From Verrucomicrobiales bacterium (GTDB taxonomy: Bacteria > Verrucomicrobiota > Verrucomicrobiia > Verrucomicrobiales > SLCJ01): a stretch of DNA of 16,237 bases. Both the position numbers and the translations under genes were made by a program. Numbering within the stretch: the first letter of the stretch is position 1; the number at the start of each line of letters is the position of its first letter. Below the pieces are notes generated by a model. The model ran no database searches, was not told where the DNA came from, and worked only from the letters and a program-made list of their open reading frames with translations. Below, one piece after another: positions 9,188 to 16,237 of the stretch. Where the stretch lies: positions 1 through 16,237 of the forward strand of contig JBJTQJ010000057.1 in the NCBI GenBank assembly GCA_046075565.1, written 5' to 3'.

Positions 9188-10177
9188 TCAGGGCGTGGTT
9201 CTTCTTGGGGCGGACACGTTGGGATCCGAAAAATCAGTGATGATCGCGAAATGGTCACAGCCAATCGTCACATCGGTGAAGTCGGTTGTCTTTTCGGGCT
9301 CTAGGGCCACATCGCCTCTCTTCAGCCCGGAGGCCTTCAAATCAGCTTGAGGCATGACGAGCGTGTTGAAAATGAAGCTTCCTTCTTTTCTCAGCACACT
9401 GGAGTTGACGAGCGTGAAGTCGATGCGGTTTTTCCCGATGCTCGACCACTTCCCCTTCGCATCAAGCTCCACATTCCCGATGGTCTTGTCCTGTCCGGTT
9501 GCTCCGGGATGTGAGGGGCGCATGTCGATGAAGCCTTTTTTGCCGACAAGAGTCGCGTATGCGCTTTGCGTTTCGTTCTGGTTGAAATCGCCGCAAATCA
9601 TGATGGATGCATCGGATGGAATGCCTGCGGCGTGCTTGCCGGCCCTGACTTCGTTGAGGAAATCAACGGCGGCTGCGATCTGTTTGTCGATCTGGGTCCT
9701 GTAATGCACGTTGATCACCACCAGATCCTTGGTGCTGACAGAAGGCGGCAGATCGATCCATGATGCATGCACCCGACGATGGAGCTCCTTGTTCCAGCGT
9801 ATCGGATATCGAGTCAGGAGATAACGCCCTGTCTTATCCCACGAATAAATCCAGTCATTTTTCCCTGTGACCATTTCCACGCGATTCCTAAAGGCTTCGC
9901 CCTGGGCCTCGGGAGCCGGCGCGTCTCCATAAAATGTTTCCTGTAAAACCCAAACACCCGCATTGATCGCTTTCAGCATTCTCGCCCAACTGTCGGCCCG
10001 GCTCCGGCCTTCCAGAATCCTGGTTTGCATCACGTTGTAACTGGCGACCCGCAGGGTGGATGAAGCGGGACGATACAGTCCTTCTGCGGCAATCAATGGC
10101 TCACCAAACGACAGGCCACTGGCAACCAAAAAAAGGAAATTACAAGCAAACCGACTTGAAGTAAGGTTGTCTTTCAT
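9188..10177 (-). CDS. Secreted endonuclease/exonuclease/phosphatase (EEP) family protein
   Basis: Motifs LRVASYNV, VLQE, VINVH, ICGDFN, RIDF and CDH appear in canonical order after a signal-peptide-like N-terminus. ATG 10177 is preferred over TTG 10186. Confidence 0.88.
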   Translation of the reverse strand: MKDNLTSSRFACNFLFLVASGLSFGEPLIAAEGLYRPASSTLRVASYNVMQTRILEGRSRADSWARMLKAINAGVWVLQETFYGDAPAPEAQGEAFRNRVEMVTGKNDWIYSWDKTGRYLLTRYPIRWNKELHRRVHASWIDLPPSVSTKDLVVINVHYRTQIDKQIAAAVDFLNEVRAGKHAAGIPSDASIMICGDFNQNETQSAYATLVGKKGFIDMRPSHPGATGQDKTIGNVELDAKGKWSSIGKNRIDFTLVNSSVLRKEGSFIFNTLVMPQADLKASGLKRGDVALEPEKTTDFTDVTIGCDHFAIITDFSDPNVSAPRRTTP

Positions 10178-10472
10178 TCGAATCAAGGAAAAAGGCGTTG
10201 GTCAGAAAAACGAAGCGACTTGCCATGGCGTGGGATGCATGATGAGTGCCCGGTTTTTTCAAGCTAAGGCCATCCCTATCAGGTTCAAGAACTTCCTTGG
10301 ATCCGATGGTGACGCACGGTCCGGCCTGCGACACCCCTCGCAAGGTCCGGAGCCTCGGTGGCGAGGCCGTGCCATGCGGAGATGCGGCCTCCCAGGCTGG
10401 TGAGAGCATGGGTTGCGCCTTACCGGGTAAAGCAATTTTCCCGGTAACATGATCCGCGCCAGCGCAGGAGCC

Positions 10473-11009
10473 TTACTGAGCAGCGGGTTTTCCGGGAGCA
10501 GGCTCGAGCTTCTCGGTCTCTTCTTTGGTAACTTTTTTCAACTGTGTGATGACATCTACGGGAGTGCTAAAGCGATTCTTCGTCACATAGTTGTGCTGCC
10601 AGTCAAGCATGCCATAATCGCCGGGCTTAAGCGCCTTCACCGCCTTCTCGTTTTCTGGGGAAATTTTAAGGTTACCCATATTGTCACGCACCAGAAAATC
10701 ATATCTCTTTGTCTTGTCCTGGCCGTATTCATCCAGTTTTTCGTAGGCCACATACTTTACAATTTCAAAGTTGGCCATGTTGCCGGAAGCGCCGCATCGG
10801 TCCGGACACAAACCCGTCGCGCCCATGCAGCGGTGCTCGGCTATTCCCTTGAATAAGGCGACGGTACGATGTTTGGCGAGCACTTCGGTCTTGTCTCCGT
10901 CCTGCCCATCGGCGGCGACGGCGTTCAACGCCAGGCCGGCATTGAACCAAAAGCTAAGGATGGTGGTGAACAGAGCGGACGGGAGCCAGCGCAGTTGTGT
11001 TTTCATCAT
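10473..11009 (-). CDS. Secreted hypothetical protein with a C-x6-CPDRCG motif
   Basis: Part of ORF 10473-11081. The likely start is ATG 11009 or 11006 (MMKTQLRW...AVAAD signal peptide). The mature part is a soluble domain containing HRCMGATGLCPDRCG. Confidence 0.8.
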   Translation of the reverse strand: MMKTQLRWLPSALFTTILSFWFNAGLALNAVAADGQDGDKTEVLAKHRTVALFKGIAEHRCMGATGLCPDRCGASGNMANFEIVKYVAYEKLDEYGQDKTKRYDFLVRDNMGNLKISPENEKAVKALKPGDYGMLDWQHNYVTKNRFSTPVDVITQLKKVTKEETEKLEPAPGKPAAQ

Positions 11010-11045
11010 GGTTTCTGGTTGTCGATTTGAGTTTTTGGCCGGCAA

Positions 11046-11063
11046 ATTGGAATTAATTCCAAT
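11046..11063. promoter_or_regulatory. Perfect 18-bp palindrome, candidate operator
   Basis: ATTGGAATT|AATTCCAAT lies 36 bp upstream of the probable start at 11009. Confidence 0.5.
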
Positions 11064-11203
11064 CCGGTAACGGTATGACACATGGCCGCCTGATTAATTA
11101 GAAACTTTTTTCCGCTTTGCCGAGTTCTACGGGCACGAAGGGAATTAGTGCTGAGAAATTGCTTTCCGAAAGGAACAAGTGAAACACCGTTTCGAAAGTC
11201 CCG

Positions 11204-11236
11204 GCCTGCCAGGCGTAGCTTTAGTAGCGAAGACAG
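11204..11236 (+). repeat. Diverged copy of the 33-34 bp mini-element found inside the REP units
   Basis: GCCTGCCAGGC-GTAGC-TTTAGTA-GCGAAG-ACAG compared with GCTTGCCCGCC-ATAGC-CTCCG-GCGAAG-GCTGG (2126-2157). Confidence 0.55.
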
Positions 11237-11284
11237 AAGGCCGAAAAAAGGGCGGTGATGTGTTCCCGAAGGAGGATGCGCGGG

Positions 11285-13201
11285 CTAATCTTTCAGGGCC
11301 TCTATGTGCTGCGGCAGGTATTCCACCATGCGATTCACATAGTCGGCGACGGGGTCTTTCATCTTCAGCCCCGCAGCACGGATCGCCGGCAACGCGGGCT
11401 TGGCCTGCGAGCCAAACCGGTCAAGCACATTCAACGCGGCGAGTCGGACAAGCGGTGCATCGTGCTCCAGCGCCTTTTTCAGCACCGGCAGCGCGGTGGC
11501 ATGGTCGCCGAGATTGCCGATGGCTTCGGCAGCGGCGATGCCAACGCAAGGAGACTCAGCGCTCAGCGCCTTCCGCAGCGCGGACTCGGCGGGCTTTGCG
11601 TCCTTGCCGAGAGCGACGAGACCGAGAGCGCCCCACCAGCGCAGCGCGGCGTCTTTGTTGGCCAACAATTCCGTGAGGCGCTCCGTGTTGGCGGGCTTCA
11701 TTTCGTTGGCGAGAGCGGCAGCTTCGAGCAACGCGTCGAGCGGGTTCTTCTTCGGGTCGGCGGCGATCTCCCAAGGCGTGCTGCCAGTTGAGCGCAAGAG
11801 CATCTCGTGCTCGGGGAGCAGACCGAGGTCGCCTGTCGCTTTCATCCATCGCACGCACTCGGTGCGCAGACGTTCCAGCGTCTCGCGATGCTTTGGGTCT
11901 GTGGCGAGATTTTTCACTTGGTTCGGGTCGGCTTCGTTGTCGTAGAGCTCCTCGCCTGGTTTCGCCGGCGAGAAGTAACGCGCTGAGGTGCCGGTGAGTT
12001 TTCCCTCGCTGGCGAGCTGACGCCACGCCTTCATCGTTGGCATTTCCTCGGTATAGCTCACGAACTGCGACCAGCTCAGATGCGGGATGAAGTTGCGGTG
12101 GTACTGATAGCGCCGATCGCGCACGACACGCACGATGTCTAACCTTTCGGCCATGCGATCCCGGATGGCGTGGATGTATTCGCGCGGTTTGCCGGCCTGT
12201 CCGCCGAGGAACGCCGTGCCTTGCAGGTGTGGCAGGACTTTCACATCGCAGAGGCTCAACACCGTCGGAGCAAAGTCCACGAAGCTGACCATCCGGTCGG
12301 TGGTCTGGCCCGGCGAGGAGGGTGCGAGGTGCTGCCATTTTTTCGGGAAGCGGACCAGCAGCGGCACATGGATCCCACCTTCCCAAATCCATTTCTTCAT
12401 CCCCGGCAGACCCGTGCCGTTGTCGCCGAAGAAGAAGACGATGGTGTCCTCCGCGAGGCCGGCGTCCTCCAGTTCCTTGAGTTTGTCGGCGATCTGGTAG
12501 TCCATCGCCGTGATGTTGTCGTAATAGCGCGCCCAATCTCGCCGCACCTCCGGCGTGTCGGGATGAAATGGCGGCACCGGCGTTTTAGCGGGGTCGCGGC
12601 GTTGCGCGGGCGTGAGGCGGGCGGTGTTTTGTTGATACTTCGACTCCGGCACGCGGATCTGGCTTTCGTGACAGACCTCGTAGTTGAAAACGGCAAAGAA
12701 CGGCTGGTCCGGCTTGCGGTTGCGCCAGTGGCCTTTGGGACCGTTCTCATCCCACGCGCTCTTCGGCACCGCGAAGTTGTAGTCGGTTTTGGCATTGTTG
12801 GTGCAGTAGTAGCCCGCCTCGCGCAGGTATTCGCTGAAACACTTCACCGCCTTCGGCAGCGTCGTGGTCGAACGCATCCCTTGGCTGCCGAGCCGCGTCG
12901 GGAACACCCCGGTGATCAAGCAGGAACGGTTCGGCGCGCAGACGCCGCTGATGCCGAACGCGTGCGTGTAACGCACCGCCTGCGTGGCGAACCGGTCGAG
13001 GTTCGGCGTGACGGCATATATGTCGCCGTAGCAGCCGAGATTCGGGCAGATGTCCTCTGCGGTGAGCCAGAGGATGTTGGGGCGCGCGGGGGGCGCGGGG
13101 GACGCTGTCGTCTGGGCGTTTGCGAAACTCGCCACCAGCAACAGCGCGAGCAGTCCCCGAGTCGCGATAGCACCGCCCCGGGATTGTTGGGTCTTCTTCA
13201 T
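11285..13201 (-). CDS. Secreted formylglycine-dependent (S1) sulfatase with C-terminal HEAT-like repeats
   Basis: 638 aa with a signal peptide. Motifs include RPNILWLTAED, the CxPxR signature VCAPNRSCLITG, KTDYN, FGDNG, VPLLVRFP and EELYD. The C-terminus has LRWWGALGL / AAAEAIGNLG / VRLAALNVL HEAT-type repeats. Confidence 0.93.
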   Translation of the reverse strand: MKKTQQSRGGAIATRGLLALLLVASFANAQTTASPAPPARPNILWLTAEDICPNLGCYGDIYAVTPNLDRFATQAVRYTHAFGISGVCAPNRSCLITGVFPTRLGSQGMRSTTTLPKAVKCFSEYLREAGYYCTNNAKTDYNFAVPKSAWDENGPKGHWRNRKPDQPFFAVFNYEVCHESQIRVPESKYQQNTARLTPAQRRDPAKTPVPPFHPDTPEVRRDWARYYDNITAMDYQIADKLKELEDAGLAEDTIVFFFGDNGTGLPGMKKWIWEGGIHVPLLVRFPKKWQHLAPSSPGQTTDRMVSFVDFAPTVLSLCDVKVLPHLQGTAFLGGQAGKPREYIHAIRDRMAERLDIVRVVRDRRYQYHRNFIPHLSWSQFVSYTEEMPTMKAWRQLASEGKLTGTSARYFSPAKPGEELYDNEADPNQVKNLATDPKHRETLERLRTECVRWMKATGDLGLLPEHEMLLRSTGSTPWEIAADPKKNPLDALLEAAALANEMKPANTERLTELLANKDAALRWWGALGLVALGKDAKPAESALRKALSAESPCVGIAAAEAIGNLGDHATALPVLKKALEHDAPLVRLAALNVLDRFGSQAKPALPAIRAAGLKMKDPVADYVNRMVEYLPQHIEALKD

Positions 13202-13336
13202 GAGTCCGATTGGTAGGGATGAGGCTGATTGCTCATGTTTGGAAGGGTGGAGCTTCGCGCGTGCTTTCGCGAGAAAAAATAGGCCCTTAAGGGCATATAC
13301 GCACCTATAGGGTCTATAAATCAGAAGCTGGTCCCA

Positions 13337-14065
13337 CTATGCAGTGATCCATGCGAGATACTCGTGATTGCCATCGCTTCCAGTGATGGGTGAATCCACC
13401 ACTCCGCGCCAGTCTTTTCCTTGGTCGAGGGCGAATTCACGGATTTTTTCCACGGCGGCGAGCCGGGCTGCCTCGTCGCGGACAATGCCGCCTTTTCCGA
13501 CCTCCTCGCGTCCACACTCGAACTGCGGTTTGATCAAACAGACGACATTTCCGCCGGGACGAAGGATGCTGAAAACAGCGGGTAGGACCATGGTGAGGGA
13601 AATGAACGACAAATCCATGACGGCGAGATCGACCGGTTCACCCACATCGCCGGGGGTCAGCTGCCGGGCGTTGAAGCGCTCCTTGGCGATGACCCGCGGA
13701 TCGTTGCGGATTTTCCAGACGAGTTGATTGGTGCCGACATCAAAGCAGTAGACTTTCGCTGCCCCACGCTGGACCAGGCAGTCGGTGAAACCTCCGGTGG
13801 AGGCCCCGATGTCGGCACAGACCATGCCGGAGACATCGAGCGCGAAGGCGTCGAGGGCGCCTTCGAGTTTGAATCCGCCGCGGCTAACATATTTCGGTTT
13901 GGCAGCGACTTCGAGAACATCCTCCTGCTTCACCGCGCGACTGGCCTTATCGGCGGGGTGGCCGTTCACTCGCACCTCCCCGGCGAGGATGAGACGGCGG
14001 GCCTGCTCGCGGGAATCGCAGAGACCCCGCGCGACAAGCGCGACATCGAGTCGGTCATTCGCCAT
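13337..14065 (-). CDS. tlyA: TlyA family rRNA (cytidine-2'-O)-methyltransferase / hemolysin A
   Basis: S4 domain (RLDVALVARGL..SREQA) followed by YVSRGGFKL, DIGASTGGFTDCL, DLSFISL, LIKPQFE and SPITGSDGNHEYL. The start is probably ATG 14065, overlapping the LOG stop (the ORF track gives 14092). Confidence 0.96.
   Translation of the reverse strand: MANDRLDVALVARGLCDSREQARRLILAGEVRVNGHPADKASRAVKQEDVLEVAAKPKYVSRGGFKLEGALDAFALDVSGMVCADIGASTGGFTDCLVQRGAAKVYCFDVGTNQLVWKIRNDPRVIAKERFNARQLTPGDVGEPVDLAVMDLSFISLTMVLPAVFSILRPGGNVVCLIKPQFECGREEVGKGGIVRDEAARLAAVEKIREFALDQGKDWRGVVDSPITGSDGNHEYLAWITA
13346..13421 (-). repeat. Direct repeat copy 2 (current 3' end of tlyA)
   Basis: Aligns without gaps to 9057-9132. 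The longest perfect stretch is CGCCAGTCTTTTCCT (13407-13421 = 9118-9132). Confidence 0.93.
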
Positions 14066-15200
14066 TGGAGGCTCCGTTGGTCTCCGCGCCAAGGCGGTTG
14101 ATCGTATCGATCAACTGGCGCAATCGTCCGAAGTTTTTCCGTTTCGCCGAATAGACAAGGCGGGGCAGCAATTCGATGTCGGGTTCGTCGGCTTCGACGG
14201 GCAGGGCATCGCGTTGCACGAATTGACCTTTGGCGAGAAGATCGTGAAAGTCATGGTTCAAACTTTCCACCGCTTCCGGTGGCAAGGCGCGGTTGAGGCG
14301 AATGACGAGTTCGCTCCCGACCTGGCGGTACGAGTGGAAGACGCTGAAGAAACGTTCGATCTCGGCGATGGCATCCTCGACGGAATCGGTGATATGGAAA
14401 AGATTGAAGTCTTCCGGCGAGATGAGGCCGAGGCGGAGGAAATGCTCGCGCAGGAAACGATCGAAGGTTTTCCAATAGGTGCCGCCGGGGGCATCGATCA
14501 TGACAATCGGCTGCACGACACTCTTGCCGGTCTGGATGAGCGTGAGCAATTCGAATCCCTCGTCCATGGTGCCGAAGCCGCCGGGGAAAAGAGCGAAGGC
14601 GTGGGCTTCCTTGACGAAGGCGAGCTTGCGCGTGAAGAAATAGTTGAACTCGATCAACTTCGGATCGCCGTGGATGGTCTCGTTGGCGGATTGTTCGAAG
14701 GGCAGCGCGATATTGAGACCGAAGCTGTTGTCGCGGCCCGCGCCCTTCTGGGCCGCGCCCATGATGCCGTCCCCTGCCCCGGTAATGACCATGTATCCTT
14801 CCTCGACCATACGTTTGGCGAAATGCACGGCAGCCTGGTATTCCGGGCGGTCGGTGGTGGTGCGGGCCGAGCCATAACAAACGACCTTACGGGTCTGGCG
14901 GTAGGGATGGAATACCCGGTTGGCGCGGCGCATTTCCTTGAGCGCGCGGGTGATGAGTTTGAGGTCGGCGGCCCCGGTGTTGTCGCGCCCGGTTTTGATC
15001 GCGGTGATGATCATTTCCGCAACGAGTCCGACGGAAGATTCGGCACAGCCGGCCTCGCGCGCGATTTCAACGATGCGGGCATCGAGGGCTTCGTCTCCGG
15101 TCGTGCCGCGGATCCGCGACGGGAGCATGTGGATGCCACCTCCTGTGAAGTCCTTGTCATCAAGACGGGGGCGGCGGCGAGGGATGGATTTTTCACTCAT
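14055..15200 (-). CDS. LOG family protein (nucleotide 5'-monophosphate phosphoribohydrolase, long form)
   Basis: 381 aa with YGSAR, ITGAGDGIMGAA, GLNIALPFEQ, YFFTRKLAF and the LOG signature PGGFGTMDE, plus N- and C-terminal extensions. Confidence 0.92.
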   Translation of the reverse strand: MSEKSIPRRRPRLDDKDFTGGGIHMLPSRIRGTTGDEALDARIVEIAREAGCAESSVGLVAEMIITAIKTGRDNTGAADLKLITRALKEMRRANRVFHPYRQTRKVVCYGSARTTTDRPEYQAAVHFAKRMVEEGYMVITGAGDGIMGAAQKGAGRDNSFGLNIALPFEQSANETIHGDPKLIEFNYFFTRKLAFVKEAHAFALFPGGFGTMDEGFELLTLIQTGKSVVQPIVMIDAPGGTYWKTFDRFLREHFLRLGLISPEDFNLFHITDSVEDAIAEIERFFSVFHSYRQVGSELVIRLNRALPPEAVESLNHDFHDLLAKGQFVQRDALPVEADEPDIELLPRLVYSAKRKNFGRLRQLIDTINRLGAETNGASNGE

Positions 15201-16237
15201 GATGGGGATGATTTAGCCTGTGGAACGGGTTTTGGGAAGGACGGATTTTGCGAATCGGGGTCGGAACCAGCACGTTCGTGGTAATGGCGGAGAAAATACA
15301 CGAGCACGGCGGTGGCGAAAAGGGCGAGCACGAACCAGAAGATGGCCCATTGATGGAGGGGGGAAACGGGAATTTTCCCGCAAGTCTCAAGCCACCATCC
15401 GCTACCGAGAGCACCGAGCAGCGAACCAATGCCGCCATTGACCGTGGTGAGCAAAGCCTGGGCGCGGGCGCGGATTTCCATGGGCACCCGCATCTCGAGG
15501 AAGACCTGCGAGGTAACAAAGTAGAAGGTGAAAACGAGTCCGTGTAAAGCCATGGCCGGGTAGATCCAGACCAACTGGCCGGTGACGGCACCGATGGCGA
15601 GCAGATAGTAACGCATGGCCGCGCAGACAAGTCCGAAAGCCATGACCCATTTGACACGCCACTTCAAGACGCACCATCCCAAGCATAGCATGGAGACGGT
15701 TTCGGCGACTTGCCCGAGGGTCATCCAGGCGGTGGGGTTCTCCAGCCCCATGAGGGTGAGTTGCTGCGGAGCGAAGGGAATGTAGGCGGCCAAGGGAATG
15801 GCCAGGCAACCGGTGGTGATGAGGAAAGCCCGGAAGTCGCCTTTGCTGAAAATCCGCAAGGCTTCCAACCCGAAAATCGCCCGCCAACTGCGTCGGCCCG
15901 AGCCGAGAGGCGCGCGCGGCGGTGTGGCCGGTATAAGATAGGTGTAAAATGTCACGAGCACGAGCACGCCGGAGGCCACCAATCCTCCCAGCGGCGAGTG
16001 GTCGGCCTTCATTCCGAAGCTGACGATGACTCCGGCAAGGATCCAGCTCAGCGCGGCTCCCGTGCGCAGGAGCGGAAATTGCCGCTGCGGGTCCGGGATG
16101 TGGGCGAAAACAACGGTGGCGACGAGCGACCAAGTCGGGGTGAAGAAGAGCGCCTGCAGGGTTTGCCAGAACAGAAACCACCCGGCTCCCCAACCCTGTT
16201 GGAGAGAATAAAACGAGAGGAAGAGGAAGATGGCGGA
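15197..16237 (-). CDS. MFS transporter, nucleoside:H+ symporter-like (5' partial)
   Basis: The frame stays open from ATG 16012 to the window edge (SAIFLFLSF...FFTPTWSLVATVVF...QFPLLRTGAALSWILAG). Downstream it has MTLGQVAE, LHGLVFTFYFV and RARAQAL. It overlaps the LOG start by ATGA. Confidence 0.88.
   Translation of the reverse strand, partial: SAIFLFLSFYSLQQGWGAGWFLFWQTLQALFFTPTWSLVATVVFAHIPDPQRQFPLLRTGAALSWILAGVIVSFGMKADHSPLGGLVASGVLVLVTFYTYLIPATPPRAPLGSGRRSWRAIFGLEALRIFSKGDFRAFLITTGCLAIPLAAYIPFAPQQLTLMGLENPTAWMTLGQVAETVSMLCLGWCVLKWRVKWVMAFGLVCAAMRYYLLAIGAVTGQLVWIYPAMALHGLVFTFYFVTSQVFLEMRVPMEIRARAQALLTTVNGGIGSLLGALGSGWWLETCGKIPVSPLHQWAIFWFVLALFATAVLVYFLRHYHERAGSDPDSQNPSFPKPVPQAKSSPS

Larger units (their letters stand above)
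9057..13421. mobile_element. ~4.3 kb genomic islet inserted in the tlyA 3' end; no integrase or transposase encoded
   Basis: Bounded by 76-bp imperfect direct repeats 4289 bp apart. It separates the commonly adjacent tlyA and nadK. All three cargo genes are on the minus strand, and two are visibly more AT-rich than the flanks. Confidence 0.8.

Noticed and set aside
10320-10351. Integron attC site (bulged hairpin between co-oriented cargo genes)
   Set aside because: No RYYYAAC/GTTRRRY ends, too short, not repeated after the other genes, and no integron integrase.
9188-13201. Anti-phage defence system in the islet
   Set aside because: All three cargo proteins have signal-peptide-like N-termini, and none shows ATPase, TIR, SIR2 or other defence-type domains.
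13785-15284. 499-aa plus-strand ORF (also 578-1648, 7585-8631, 12170-13216 and others)
   Set aside because: These are antisense shadows of well-supported genes in GC-rich DNA, with no recognisable motifs.

Overview
GC-rich bacterial DNA whose gene content and repeat style suggest Verrucomicrobia/PVC (inference). The left half (1-7666) is a carbohydrate-degradation locus: the 3' end of an amidohydrolase-family sugar lactonase, a secreted GH28-like beta-helix enzyme, a secreted GH116 glycosidase, and a GH106 rhamnosidase-like gene split by a -1 frameshift at an A5 run. The right half (7831-16237, minus strand) is a housekeeping operon: MFS nucleoside permease - LOG family - tlyA - nadK - small membrane-anchored protein. 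The most notable structure is a ~4.3 kb insertion with no integrase (sulfatase, Cys-motif secreted protein, EEP-family nuclease/phosphatase) in the 3' end of tlyA. It is bounded by a 76-bp imperfect direct repeat whose differences are nearly all synonymous, and the displaced tlyA tail still overlaps the nadK start. Two clusters of REP-like hairpins flank the GH28-like gene. Two units carry a 33-34 bp second mini-element at the same position, and a diverged free copy of it lies inside the islet. All calls come from reading the sequence and recognising motifs; no searches were run.
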